Position numbers and translations under genes: made by a program. This document shows, in pieces, positions 35,701-49,841 of a stretch of 64,000 nucleotides of DNA (its first letter is position 1; each line of letters begins with the position of its first letter). The notes under the pieces are model-generated. The model was not told the DNA's origin. It saw only the letters and a program-made list of their open reading frames with translations, and made no database searches. The DNA is taken from NCBI GenBank assembly GCA_973895155.1, contig OZ316891.1, positions 5,365,708 through 5,429,707 of the forward strand, read 5' to 3'. This stretch comes from Marsupella aquatica. Lineage: Eukaryota > Plantae > Marchantiophyta.

Positions 35701-38700
35701 ATGTGACATAGTATAACCATCCAGAATGTGAGGGAGTAGGGGCTGGACCCCACACATCACTATGTACATACTCAAGTACCTCTTTGCTGGTGTGAGTTCC
35801 AACTCCGAAGGGTTTCCTGTGCTGCTTCCCTAGCACACAGTGCTCATAAAATTCCAACTTACAAGATTGCAAATTAGAAAGTAATCCATTTTTTGAAGAA
35901 TAGCCAAACCTTTTTCACTCATGTGGCCCAAACGGAAGTGCCACAGCCGGGCCGTCTCCTCATGAGATAAGGTTACATTGGCTTCATCACAAACTACACT
36001 GCCCTCCAAAACGTATAGATTGCTATGTCTCCTTCCCTTCAATACAACTTTAGTACCACTTGAAACCTGAAGGACACCATTAGCAAAGCTCCACTAATGG
36101 CCATTTGCTTCTAAAACTCCAAGTGAAATGAGATTTTTCATCATGCTGGGAATATGTCTCACATTTCTCAACGTTCTTACAGCACCATCAAACATCTAAA
36201 ATCTTACAGATCCAAGTCCACCAACTTGACATGGGATTCCATTTCCCATCAACACTGACCCGTTGGAAACCGTGTAAGAACTGAAAAAATCTCGTCTAGA
36301 GCAAATGTGAAAAGTACATGCACTATCTAGAATCCAGTCATCACTACCTGGATTTGACACTACGTTGAGAGCATAACCTTGACATCACAATATGTCATCA
36401 TCATCGAGTAAATCTACCTCATGCAAGCTCGATGTCGCATTAGCAGATGCAGTAGGGACCTTTACTCGACAATCCCTTTTCATGTGGCCAGGCTTGCCAC
36501 AATTCCAACATGCAAGAGGCTTCCTCTCTTGCGATTTCCTTCTGGATTTAGATCTCCCCTATGATGTAGATCTAAACCTATTCTGCCCATTCGTGCGCTG
36601 CGTTGCTCTTCCCCTGTTCACATTGAGCGCAGTGCCAGAAGAAGATGCTGTCTGTGATTGACCCAACTTCTTCTGAGCATCATCAGACAGCAAGGATCTC
36701 ACCACCTCATTATACGAAATGGACTTCAAATCTCTATACAAGAGCACCTGTTTCAAGCCCTAATATGACGGCGATAAGGAGCTTCGCAGAAGCAAGGCCT
36801 TATCCTCATCTTCAACTTCTTTTCCCAGGTTTGACAGATCCACCACTAGACTATCAAATTCATCTAGGTGATCTGCATCTTGCTCCCTTTCTTGAGCCTG
36901 AGGCTCATCAAGAGAGACTTCTTGTACAGCCGGTCTGATGCATCTTCCCGGTAGTACTTCTCTCTTAGAGCCTTGAACAGTGATGCGCAAATCCGCATAA
37001 TCATCCAACTACTTGATGATGTGCGGCTTGAGATATAGCATCACTACATTGACAGCAATCACCTGCTCTTGTCTCCACTGTCTCACAGAAATCTCCTCCT
37101 CTCCATCATACTGCTCTCGCGAAGAGAGCAGTTGAGCCAAGCCCATGGCCCGAAGGACACCCTTCACTTGCTTCTCCCAAAGCAAGTAATCAGTACGACC
37201 ATCATACTTCTCCACCTCAAACTTCACTCCTCCGAATCTAGCCATCTCCCTCTTCTTCCCTACTATCGACAACTCTGGTAGTAACACAGCTTCCTCCACT
37301 GCACGCCGCACCGGTGATCTTACCGGTGTCACTAGTTCTTCCTCAAACGGTAGCAGCTCTTCCTCAGACTCTCCATCTGACCGTCGCGATCCTGAAGCTC
37401 CACCGACGCCAATTCTTCCAGTATCCTCCGAGTCATTCATATGAAACAATCACGAAAAAATGTCTTTTTTTGAAACTTCTCATAAAACTCAAAACTCAAC
37501 ACCCCCGCGTAGCCCACAAAGCTAGGAGTCCAATACTGAAAGCCGAAATCAAAATTAAAATTTGACGGAAAAGTTATTCAAATTTTGGTCGGGGTGGGTA
37601 AAACCTTGGGAAACTCCCCTGTTTTGACCACCTTGGAGAATAACCAAAATACCAAGTACAACCCGTCGTCAAAATCGCGATGTGATTGGTGCGCCGCGTT
37701 GCTAACTCCAGTGGCAACGTCCTCGCCAAAAAAGAACCAAAAAAGTTACCGTTCGGCGGATAGAATCTTTGTCAGACGGCCGAAAAACAGCTCTCTGTTT
37801 TTTGGGAATATTCCCGCACAGTACAACAGGTCTCTTAGGGGGCCGTTCCCCCTATCGAAGCGGTTAAAACGGAGGGTCACCGGTCCCGGGACAACCAATA
37901 GAAGAGCCGAAAAGAAAAAGACAAAAAATGGCCCTAAAGGGGTGCAAAGCGCCCTAAATCCAAAAAATACGAGTATAAAAAGGCCAGGGGGTGTACAGGG
38001 CGTCGAGGTGGGGGCCGGGAGTAAAAATACGGCTGCGTATGCAGCCGCGTACAGAGTATGGCCGGACTAGGGAGAACGCCGAGCACAAGAGGGCGAGGTG
38101 AGCGGTTGCCTTCGGCAGCGCTTAGCCGTTGCGCGACTGCAGGCAGTTAGACGGCGGGGGATAAAGGCAGGGCCGCGCCAGGCAGGGGTTAGGGGGTGGG
38201 GGCGAGCAACGGCAGGGCGAGGTGCGAGGCTCGGAAGCGGGCCGGAGGAGGGCTAGCCGGGGCGCGCGCTGGCCAGCGCTACGGACCTTGCCAGAAAAAT
38301 TGGGGTGCGTAGCGGGGAGGGGGGCGGTAAAAACACGGGGCCGGGAGGAGGTATGAGGTGTGTATACACACACCAAGTGACCCCCTTAAAGCCAAAATTA
38401 GACCCTAAAGCAAAAAATGAAGAGTACTCAACTTAGCAACCGCCGTTTTAAACAAGAAAACAATGAGTTACCGACGGGAAATGTTGCCGAATCACACCAG
38501 CGCTGTCTGCAACTCCAGCACTATAATAACTTCCGCCGTGTCGCCTTCACTCCGCGTCAAGTGCCAATCTCGGACTCAAAACAACGCCCTCACCGCGATC
38601 AATCCATTGAGTTGTAGCACTTTGCGTTTCTTCCACCGAGTCGAACGTCACGACGAGAAAACCCGGTTCAGATGTGAACAAGCTCCATAGCTTGTGAAAA

Positions 38701-39452
38701 AACCTGAATGCCTCCTTCACTCGTCACGTCACACTCGGTAACAACTCGGCAGCAATCCAGCTACCAAAATGACTAGCTCGCTTCAACCTTCAACTTGAGC
38801 TATAATGTGCAATCCACCCCGCACCGCACAACTCACACCGTTGAAAAACGCAAACTCTGGTCTCTCCCCCGAAATACCGTCGAACAGGAATAAACCCTGA
38901 ATGACACAAATTTCAATTCCTCCGCACCACGGATACCGATCAACGAGTTCTAACCACCGTTAGAACGCCCTCTCACTAACCTATCCGCACAGCCACACAC
39001 ATTCAAGTTTCATGCAAAGAAACTCCAAATGTGTCATCGACAATGAACGGTGGAAAAAACCCGTCATGAAAAAACCTCATCACCTCCCAGGCATGCTCTG
39101 ATACCACTTGTTGAGCATAGACGACATTCGCAACGGCAAGCCCATGAACCATCCAACGTACAATAGTCAACACAAAGAGATACATGGTTCACCTCCACAT
39201 GAGGCTACGTCCACGGAAACACACAAGAGCTTTATTGCACTCTAGGCCGACCGGCCATATCAAGCATCCACAGCACAAGCTCTCCCTATCTCTCAACTAG
39301 CTCCGTAATAATGAGCCTCAGTTCCACCAGGGTCTGGCATCAGCCCTGGCTATATACACAATAGCACTACCGCTAACATTAGCTAAGTCCTAACCCAAGT
39401 TAGCCTAACTGTAGTTAGCTCATGAGTCACAAGACTAGAGCAATATCTAATA
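32727..39452 (-). mobile_element. Full-length, decayed Ty1/copia LTR retrotransposon, element 2
   Basis: LTRs 32727-33070 and 39109-39452; TSD GAGTA; PBS revcomp gctctgatacca at 39095-39106; PPT revcomp aactccccct at 33071. Confidence 0.96.
33267..37440 (-). pseudogene. gag-pol of copia 2, disrupted
   Basis: KYDGRTDYLLW, WHFRLGH, HSDVWGP, YKARLVAKGF, LYGLKQSPRQ, YVDDML, KHIDIWYHF; multiple stops. Confidence 0.95.
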
Positions 39453-39757
39453 GAGTAAGATATCTAACTAAGCACCAATACAATGGAATGACTATATTGT
39501 CTAGACAAAGTTAACTAGGATGATATCCAACCTACTAGACTAGAAGGAATGAAATGACATCATTTTCTAGAATTAAAATATACTAAGACAAATAAAATAA
39601 TAATTATAAGAAAGTCCATTCAATAACTTTGAGAGATCATAGAGTATTAATTTGATTGTCTTGTTCTCTCACTTTAGACAAACGCATGGAAATCAACTCA
39701 ACCCTCTTAATCACAAGTCATTTGAGTGGAGACTTGTAACCTACGAGTTCTATCAAT

Positions 39758-42142
39758 CTACTCATCAATTATACCTTCCATGTAAATTTTGAGAGTTTTC
39801 AAAACATTCTTAGGAATTGTCAAACCTCTATCCATAATATTTTGTTCTTTAGCACCTGACTTAAACCCATACATTGCAGAATTTGCAAACTGCCAACTTT
39901 GAGTAACATTGTCAAACCCAGGATCCAGCTCCCAAGTCTTAGTGGTTTGAGAGCAACGTTCATATCGAACATCATCCTTTGCATCATGCTTACCATGTTT
40001 AGGCCTCCACCATTGTACTTGGAACATAGGAGCATTCCTAAGAGGAATGCTCTCAACGGACGTTGAAGAAGACCCTTCAATATGTTGCAAATCTGTTGAG
40101 GGAACCTCATGGTTTGGATCCACACCACCCAAAGCTCGAACCAACCAGAAACGTCATTTGCCATTTTCCTGTTCCCATTCATCCTCTGGACGTAAAAATA
40201 CAAAGTGACCTTGAATATCTTGTAGAGGAATCCAACGTGCAGGTTCTCGCTCTTGTCGTGCACCAACAAAGGGTGCAGCTTGATCTTCCATCTCTTCCAT
40301 GTACTCATTTTGAAGGTCCATCATCTCTGGATTTTGAGAAGGTTCACTTGACGGCTGAGATGTCCCCAAAATCATCTTGTAACCTGTGCCATGGTTAGTC
40401 TTTGGCCAAAAATCAGTTGTCAATGGCAATTGTCTTTCCCCCTCCCCTTCTATTGTAAGTTCCTCGGACAGTGCTTGCACAAGATTCTCCCAATATTTGA
40501 CCAGAGGAAATCTCTCTCGATATGCTACAGAGGTCTCATCCTTACAACTTTTCTTCAAGAAATCAATATAGCGATTAAGGATTGGGATGATTTCTCCAGC
40601 CTTCTTTTGTACATCCCCAGATATAGGTTTTGCAAATGGTTGGCCTTCCGGTAAAATGAGCGCATTTGTGATGGGATCAGTTCTCCAAATGGACCTCCCC
40701 ATTGCCGGAAGCCAAGGTTGCTTGACATGTGCTTTATATTGATACACTGGCACATTATCCCTCATGGAGAAAAGAAATGCCACTTGTTTTGAGTGACCTT
40801 CTATCTCTTTCACCTGGAAAGTTTTCAAATACTCCTTGTAAGATGCAACCTCTTGAATCAATCGTGGTACAGGATGAATGCTTTCACACTCCCAAACCTC
40901 AGCCATCAACCCCAAGAGGGTAGCAACCTCTTTGTATCTGACCTGTTTGGATACTTGAGAAAATAATGCATCCACGTCTTCATGGGTGTGGCCAACCATG
41001 AGGAATGACATTTGCACAATTTCAAATACCCCTTGCTAACAAGCTCAGTGCAAAATGCCATCACATATTGATTTTTGTTATCTTTCCCTGAATTGTCCAT
41101 CTGCAACGTTAGGTACCTTGGTAAGGGCTTGAAAGAGCCCCTAGTAGTCTCAGGATCATCCTTAGAACCAACATCCACTGTGCTTGACTTTTTAGTCTCC
41201 TGACCATCTTCAATGCCTTGAAATCGAACAATTGAAACATTTTTGGGTTCCAAGTAACCGGCCAGAACTGCTTCAAATTCTAGAAGGGACTGAAAAATTG
41301 GCCTAGTTGCATTCCAATTCAATCCTTCAAGAAGGTCTCCAGTTTTGTCTCCTGTGTAATCTTTCAAATCTCGGAGGCATTTGGCCAAAGATGTCACGGT
41401 AAAGTCTGCATCTCTAGGCCAAAGTCCAGTCAAACTGAAAATGTGCATACACTCCAGGATCTCTTCCATGGGTTAACATCCCAGTAAGAGCAATAGGCAA
41501 AGGCTGACCACTACCAAAGAGGGATTTTGGAGTGGGGACTAACCTGGGGATCCAAGTCTTGGCTTGATCCATCTTATCGTGAATAATGCAAAGATAGTTT
41601 TGAGGATCCTTCTTTGCAAGAACCCTATGAGCATAGTAAACATATCTTCTTGACATTTGTTCACGAAGATGTCGCGCTCTTTTCTCTTCAATCTCTGCAC
41701 GCTCTTTTTTTCTCTTCTCCCGCATCAATTGATCTTTGAACTTAGTGCAAAATGTGCACTTGGCAAATGCACTTCCCTTGTGAAAGTCAAAATTATCAAA
41801 TGAGTTTTTCCAAATGTTGTACATAGTAACTTCAGTAACCTTAGCAAACCCATCTAATTCCATCTTGGTAAACACCTCTTGGAAAATCTCCTTCTTAGTA
41901 AAACAAGATGGGAGCCGATATTCAATAGTGTTAGTGCCGTTGGACCCACCATAGGGAAGATGTGGCATTGGTTCCCCATTTTGGATTAAAATGGACTTCA
42001 ACAAGGCACGAGCGTGCAAAGTGCTTGATCGTGTCTTCCGTTGTCCCTGATTTCCATGGAAACCAATTGTGCAACCAACTTCGTATTGATTTTTGTAGTC
42101 ATAGTACTTTGTTGTACTGAACCCTTGTGTAATATAGTACAT
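39758..42142 (-). pseudogene. Sola-like DDD transposase A (5'-truncated, frameshifted)
   Basis: HGNQG, CxxC (CTFC), IIHDKMD, LQMDNSGKDNKN and FLMVGHTHEDVD motifs across ORFs 41414-42142, 40906-41469, 40154-41017 and 39758-40144; superfamily assigned from recalled motifs. Confidence 0.75.
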
Positions 42143-43779
42143 TAGTTAGAAATGATAGAAAAATTATAAATTTTGAACTTTTTCTAAGTCAAAGGTGCAG
42201 TATAGCTATCTTTTGTAACCATTTAGATCGACTGGACACTTTACCTAATACCATGCTACACCGAAGACTACTTCCTGTTCTGAATCTTGAACGACAACGG
42301 AAGCCTTTACCTTTCATCGGCATCACACTCAAGACATGGATGAAATTCAAGAAGCTATGCAAGAGAATACGTACACAAGAGTTTAGCAACCGGACCAGAC
42401 AGCACTACTCCAACAAGATTAGTTCTCCTACGACAATAGTTAAGATCAATCGATCTGTGCAATTTTAATTAAATAGCTAAAGTAGTTAGAAAAGTCTCAT
42501 ACTTTTCCAGAAGATAGCCCTTACATAGTAGACCATATCCTGAAAGTATCGGCTTGAACTGACATGACGTTTAGAAGTTATGGCATTTTTAGTTTTGTAA
42601 AAAGCGTAATTGCGCAAAGACGCAACGGCGCTACTATGCCAAAGCGCAAAGGCGCAACGACGCTTCCGACAATTAGAAAAATTTCCGGAAAAGTGTATTT
42701 TATATACGACAGCACTTTTCACCAATTTTATTGCACTTAGACACCTCAGAAAAGTCTGAAATTTTTCCAGCATGAAGCATGTATATAAATCTTCCACCTA
42801 GGAAAGTTTCACCCCATTTTGACTTTTATGTTAGAAATTAAAATTCCGATAAACTCACTATTTATTAGTTTTACCACAAAAGTGCAAAAAACACTTTTAC
42901 TCCAGTTTACACTAGGGATAACTTTTGGTTAGTTTTTTATTCCAGCAACATTTAGTGAACCTTGAGTAGTCTTGTAGCATATTTTCATACTTTTTACTTT
43001 AGTTTATGACCCTTGAGATATGAAAGGGCATGTCCTTTCATTATCTCTTTTCCCCTTTAGTTTCTGCTAGCCTATATGTAGTAGAGTTTTTGCCACTTTG
43101 TGTGTGAAGAAATTTCATGAGCGCTTAGTTGCAAGATTGCAACTTTGTTACCTCCATTTGTAGCAAGCACTCCATTGCATATGAGTACTTAATACAAAGG
43201 AATTCTTCCCCCTTCAAGTCTAAATGAATGAGAAGTTTGGACCCTTGAAGTAAAATTATTTTGATTGTTAAATCTTTTGAGTATGTGGAAATAGATTCCT
43301 TGTTGGTGATGTTTCACATATTCCTTAGTTCTTGATGCATAGTTTTTGGCGTGACATTGCTTGTGCACGGGATGCAAAGATTGTTATTTACCAATTACTT
43401 ATGGCTTCAAATTTGATCATGATGATGTCTCTTATTTGTGACACAAAGTACCGATTGGATACAGAAGTGATTGATTACTAGTCTTCACTCAGTACCTTGG
43501 AAGGAAAAGTTGAGACATGTTGACGGCATTTTAGTAATCATCCTAGTACCGCAATCCTTTCCATAAATGTTCTTGCGGATATACCACCTAAATCATATCA
43601 AATGAAGTTATGTTGAGGAGTCACCTTGGTTGTTTTCTAACTCCCTCACCATACCTCAAGGTTTTCGTTGTGTTTTATTAATTGTTTCCATTTGTTAATT
43701 TTATTTTTAATGTCAAGCAGACATTTAAAACTATGCCTTGATGAGCAACCATAGTAAAAGGCTCAACTTTGTGTTTTTG

Positions 43780-43900
43780 TTACCTTATTCATTCATAAGT
43801 GCTAAATCATAGAAAATCATTCCTTACATGTTCTTCCATGGGAACGAATACCGAGTTTTGGATCTTAAATGTTTATTTATGTTCTTAGTGTGATACTACA
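43780..43900 (+). mobile_element. LTR-like terminus (...tactaCA) of a truncated insert, related to the 48320 end
   Basis: Revcomp tgtagtatc...aactcggtattcgttccc resembles tgtagcaag...aactcgattttgttccc at 48320; it truncates transposase B; left boundary not found. Confidence 0.5.
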
Positions 43901-45247
43901 CCATGCATTTTAATAAATGCATCTTTACAAACCACACGTCCCTTTAGAACAAAAAATCCCTTTCTCTTGACTTGCTCCTCTCTACACCCAAAGAGACTAA
44001 AGATGTGACTTATTTTGTTGTCACTTGATATTCCATGGTATTCCCTCCTCATTGCCTCTAAGTCCTCCTTGGGCATGTTCAAGCAACACTTCAGCTTGCA
44101 ACAACCTTCTCTTTGGATGGAATCAATGGACTCCTTGGTAATTTTCAAAAGTGCCCTCGACTCCAAGTGCCTTTTCTTCTTCTCCTCAAGATCAACTTTT
44201 GTCCTCCTAATGAAATTGTATGGTCTTTTTGTAGGTTTACCATCACCATCTGAATCCGGATCGCCCTTAGTTCGACCCGACTCCATCCACTTCTCTGAAA
44301 CTTCCTCAAGGATATCCCAAGAAACCTTTGAGACGAAATCAATAGAAGGGATTTGATTTCCCACCTCACCAAGCCAGGGGTACCAACATGGATATTTGGA
44401 AATAATCCGGGTTCATTGATATTCACAACAGCAACACCAACATGATCTGCACCAAGAAGTTCATCATCAACGGCACCTATTTCAAATGGGACCGTGATAA
44501 CACCTGTTGCAACCTTCCGACAACGAGAAGCGTCATACAAATCAACCTCCTCTGCCATCCAGTTGGAACGGAGTGTAAAATCTTTTAATGGAAGATCATT
44601 GAAAATATTTGAACTACCAAACATGCCAAAATCTCATAGAGTGCCCTTTCTAGAAACATGCGCAACATCCCAGATAACCCAGGTATGCAAGGCCTCTTCT
44701 ATTGTATCAGCTCCAGGGTGCGAGTATGGCAATTTTTGATTTCCCTTAACAATATCAGATATTCTTATACTGATGCGACCAACCCCGAGTCTTTCAGTAT
44801 GACAAATATCCATCGGATTTGTTTGAAAACGACTCCATTTGCAACCAACTGATCAAAAATGAACATCTAAACTTCATCTCCTTCCTTGAACACGTCCTCT
44901 TCAACCCTTGCATCAATTTTGGATTTATCATTTCCAACATCTCCAGCCAAAGAGAAATCATCGACATTGATTCTTCGGCGCTGAGTTGATGACCTCAAGT
45001 ATGCCAATGCACAATTCCAAATCACGCAGGAGTCAATTGCCTCAGCCAATGTAGAAATTTTGGGTGAAGGAAATGGAAGTTGACGCGATCCATCAAAACA
45101 CTTTTCGATCAATACCCCAATTCGATTATCCCTTAGACAAATGTTCTGTATAGTATCCTGGGGGTCAACCTTTTGAACTATCCCAATTGCCGTTTCAAAT
45201 CCATCGATCACCAATGACACTTCATCCCCTCGTGTAAAATTGATCAT
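43901..45247 (-). pseudogene. Sola-like transposase B, N-terminal part: three tandem Tnp1/En-Spm-like domains plus a CC..CC region
   Basis: IGIVQKVDP..LPFP..TLAEAIDSCVIW; VANGVVF..LPYS..TIEEALHTWVIW; VATGVI..LLGADHVGV..VRW; then GCCKLKCC...VCKDAFIKMHG. Confidence 0.65.
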
Positions 45248-45374
45248 GATAGCGGACTATCTGTATTCAAATAAAGTTAGAAATTGTTAAGTTCCCCATG
45301 TTACAATCATGTTTCAAAATCTGGACTCTCCTCCAAAAAATATTGTAAAATCACTCAAAACCCTAAACACATTC

Positions 45375-45630
45375 AAGTTGGGTCGAACTTATTCCGACCC
45401 TCTGACAACAATATGTCTTAAAACGATTGAATTGGCTAAACATTTACAAGTCGGGTCGGAATTATTTCGACCCTCCTCCAACAATATGTCTTAAAATGAT
45501 TGAATTGACTAAACATTTACAAGTCGGGTCGGAATTATTTTGACCCTCCTCCAACAATATGTCTTAAAATGATTGAATTTACTAAACATTGACAAGTTGG
45601 ATCGGAATTATTTCGACCCTACTCCAACTA
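45375..45630. repeat. 73-bp tandem array (3.5 units) with a palindromic GGGTCGGAATTATTTCGACCC core
   Basis: Units start at 45375, 45448, 45521 and 45594; a related core lies near 45722. Confidence 0.9.
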
Positions 45631-46026
45631 TTAAGTTGAAATTATGTCAAAACTATTCGTGCAACTATCTTGCTTATGCTTTTATATACCAGATTAAAAT
45701 GCTAGTTAAGATGACATAGTCAGGTCGGCACGAAATAATTCCGACCCACTTCTAGAAACTACGTTAGTAATCACACAAAGGGGTACAGTAAGTTCTACAC
45801 ATGCTAGAGTGTAACACCTATTTGGAAAAAACCAGGGTATTCATTAAATTCAAGTATTCCCTAAATATAGTTAATAAAATATTCAATAATTATGACTTAG
45901 AAGTGGTTTTCTAACCATTCTTTAGTCAAGACTCCACCTAGACATTGAGAAATCTATATTTCATGATTTACATTCTGAAATATAAATAATAAAAACATCT
46001 CACAACCACACCTTTTACCATGATTG

Positions 46027-48319
46027 TCACTTCCATCTTTCTCTTTGTCCAACTTCACTCTTGCCCATATGTGGTCGAAACCACTCAACTAAACACACAT
46101 GTTCAAGCTTGTTCTCAACATTGAGGTCTCCTTCTTCCACGTCACTCACCACTCTTCCCAAATGAACCAGGTAATTATGTTCATCCTCTGTTGCTGGTCG
46201 TTGCAAGATAAAATGACCCTTCACAATATCTACTCTTGGCTGAAAGGCTTCACGAGGCCTACTCTTCACAGGTCCAACAAATTCTTCCCTTTCATCCAAC
46301 TCACATGCAACATTGCGAAAAGTGATGGGAACATTGTCCCTCCACTTTGTTCTTGGCCAAAATTCGGCCTTTAAGTCTTCCCCATCTTCAAGTCGATATT
46401 GCACAACCTCTGTTTCTAATGTGGCTAGAACAGTCTTCCAATATTGAATGAGATCATCCCACGACTCTTTTAATTCTTCTGTCTCACTTCTGTCCCCAAT
46501 CAATTGAAAGAACTTCAAATGCTTTTTTATCCCTTGACGCACATCAGCCAACATGCTAATCTCTGTCATAGGTAGTCTCTTTGGTATTCCATTTGGAAGG
46601 TTTGGACATCCATCTTGTCCCCACGACCACATTTCAATACCTTCATTGGGTAGCCAAGGCACATCATCGTTTGACTTCAACTTGTATTGAAAACTTGGCA
46701 TCCCGTCATCTCGAACATAGAATTGAAATAGACGGGGTTTTCCATGCCCCACCAATGTATCTGGACCCCTTAATAGAAAAGGCTCAACATATCCTTTGAA
46801 GTCTGGTACCTCTTGTACAAAATGTGGAACGGGACTAGGCGTACTTGCTTTCATGAACAAGCTCATCAGATCAGGCAATGTCCAAGTTGGATTATGCATT
46901 AAAGATTCGGAGAAATTCCCAAACATTGCATCAACATCTTCATGAGTGTGCCCTACCATAAGGAAGCCAAGCTGAATCTCCTCAAAAACCTTCCTTGCCG
47001 TTAAGAGTGATAAATATCCCATAACAAATCTGTTCTTGTTATCACTAGGAGCATTGTCAAGTTGTAGTTTCAGCGTCCGTGGGAGAGGTCTAAAGCAATC
47101 ATGTTTTGGCCTTGATGAGGACTTTGCTGCATATTCAAAAATGGCACCATTTCAGAACCTGTGAAAGAACCAAAAGTAGCATTCATTCCAAAATATCGCA
47201 AAACATAAAATTAAACACATAATTAATTGTTCAAATCAACTTGTTTTGTGGAAAATAGGCACCTTGATCAGCAATAAAACTTGTGTCCTCCATAAATGCT
47301 TTACGTACATCTTCTTCAAGAACATCTTTTCTTCCCCATAAAAGATTGTTGAAGACATTTGTTGAGTCATGTCCCTCCAAACGAGAATTCATCATGGGTT
47401 CTGGATTTTCCAGCATCCTAAGGATAGAGTCGATTGAGCCAATACTTGCATTTGAATCTGGTGCCCAACAAGCAAGATTATACTGGGCTACAGCTTTTGG
47501 GCCATGACCATGTGTCAAAATTCCAGTGACAGTGATTGGGAGTCGTATCGCGCCATCACAATCTTTTGGAAACCATGGCATTTTGGGGAGGGCTGTCTTA
47601 CAATGATCCATTTTGTCATGAATTATGCATATTGACTCCTTTGGATGGGCAACTGAGTGCGACCTCCAAGCATGATATAAGAGCCTCCCTTGAGTGTGAT
47701 CTTCATGATGTGCCTTCTTATCCTGTCTAAAAATCTCTAACTCCTCCTTTCCTCCGGAAAGACGGGCTCTCCGTTGTTGCAACTCACTGCAAGTATTGCA
47801 TTTTGAAAAGTTATTTCCCTTCTTGTGAATCAAAACTTCTTTGAAGTACTTTTGGTGAAGAAAGCTCATTATCGGTTGAGAAATGAGACCAAGGCCAAGT
47901 TTAATGTTAATATCATTGACTTTATCCCTCATATTCTCCCATGTAAGGCTTGTTGGCAACTCCCGCAGACCAACACGAGTGTTATCATCCAATGTTCTGA
48001 GCTTCACTTGATGATTGTCTGCGCTTTCATCAATGATCATTTTCATAGATATCAAAGATTGAGAAACTCTCTCTGACATCCGTTGCTTCCCTTGGTTTCC
48101 ATGCTCGGAGATCTTCAAGCCCATCTTCACATGTTTCTTCATAATATCAAACTGGGTCTTCTTCTTTCCATGCAAGACCTTCCATGCCTCCAAACAAATT
48201 GGGACTCCTTCAATTCCCAACAACCTTTCACCTTCAGACGTGTGGAGCGCATTTTGGATAGCAAGTATTTCTTCCTCCTTCCGTTGTTGAAATGTCTTCC
48301 TAAAATATCTCTCCCTAAT
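46027..48319 (-). pseudogene. Sola-like DDD transposase C, 3' part (5' part at 57213-58028)
   Basis: ICLEAWKVLHG, HGNQG, CNTC, IIHDKMD, LQLDNAPSDNKN, FLMVGHTHEDVD; probable intron 47159-47262. Confidence 0.78.
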
Positions 48320-49308
48320 TGTAGCAAGGTGATAAAGAGATAAATGACTATTTATTCCTTAACAACTCGATTTTGTTCCCGTTAGGAGTGGATAAGATCG
48401 AAAAGACCTAATTAACACGATTTGAGAAGTTTACACCAACATTCTTAGGTTGGAGAGATTTCTAATGATCTCCTTAACATAAGTGTTTAACCACAACTCA
48501 AGTGGGTAATCCTTAGGATTCACAGTGCAATAATAAAGACTAGAATTAACAAAGATTGAAACTAGAGAGAGAGTAGATAGGAGTTTTCAAAGTGCAAGGG
48601 AATTGAATTTCTGACCATCACCACTCCTTCAATAAGGATTATGGCCTAATTTAAGATTCAGAAATCAACATTTTCTATGCTCTTTGATTTCTTGTAGCAA
48701 CTCTTCTCCATCTCTTGAATTTAGAAGATATGAACGTAAATCAACCCGGGACACTTTTCTGGTCCTGTTGAGGATGGTACTAGGATACTCGAATTGGCTT
48801 ACTTCTCCTACAATCCTTAAGATTGCTTGGTTGAGTTTTGTGCAAATGTCAATTTCCTCTTTGGTGAATCTTCCAAATGTATTGGTCATAAATCTTATTG
48901 ATCTTCCAATATCATTATAGGCACACTCTAGCATTCATTGAACATTTCACAACAACTCAAGGGTTGCTAAACTTCTTCCTTTTACTCAACCATGGTAAAA
49001 AGAAGGGAAGAAAGACATCGATTCCTTCAAAGGCAATGAGGAAATCAAAAAATGTATGTTTTCTCTCTCTCTGTTGACTTTGGGTTCTTCTCCTTTTGTA
49101 CTAAAAGTGGAGATTATGAAAAGACATGCCTCTTCAAAACCCAAGTCTAAAGAAGTATGTAAATAAAAGTAAACTATCCTAGTCAAAAATAGAGTAGAGA
49201 CTACAATGGATATATCAACAAAATACTGGAGTCTACTTACTCATATATTAGTCTATATAGTTATTTCTAAGTCTAAACTAATGTGGCTCTAACTCTCTAA
49301 ATATGACT

Positions 49309-49841
49309 CTATTCTGGTCCTAGCTTTTGGGAAGGAACCTCCTCAGGGTTAGCCATGGCAAGGGGTTCTGGTCGAAGGAAAACTCCCTGCTGACCTGTGG
49401 TAAAAGGGATGGACGGGTCAATATCCATGTTCTCCTGATGGGCACTTGGGTCATGAGAATAGGTGTAAGAATGAGAGTGGAAGTGTGTACTGGGAGTGGG
49501 GAAAACAGGAGGGTTGAGGGGTGATGAGGGGCCAGTGGAATAGACTCCTTCATGAGGACTAGGAGAGAAAGATCTGGTAGTAAAGGGAGGAATCTCAGTA
49601 TTAGCTAATAGCTCCTCTGTAGTCAAGTCACTCATCTCCCTTAAGGCTTCACAGGTCTTTGAGAGGCCTGTAAGTGCATCATCCACCTTGGTACTCACAT
49701 CTACCACTAAATGGTTAATCTTGGAGAAAAGGATGGGTGTGGTGTTCTTGGCCAAATACTCATCATAAATCTGGGCCTTAAGAAGATCCAGAGAAGCTAT
49801 CTTAGTCAAAGGCTCAATCAGATCCAAAGATTGAGTGATAC
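49309..49841 (-). pseudogene. C-terminal part of the element X protein
   Basis: Joins ORF 54471-55643 in frame when Y is removed: ELEHPLQLSI|TQSLDLIEP. Confidence 0.85.

Noticed and set aside
39758-45247. Transposases A and B as exons of one gene
   Set aside because: Both contain the equivalent ...HG/QG segment, and B ends at an LTR-like terminus rather than a splice site.
45375-45630. CRISPR-like palindromic array
   Set aside because: The intervening sequences are near-identical rather than unique spacers; no cas genes; eukaryotic context.
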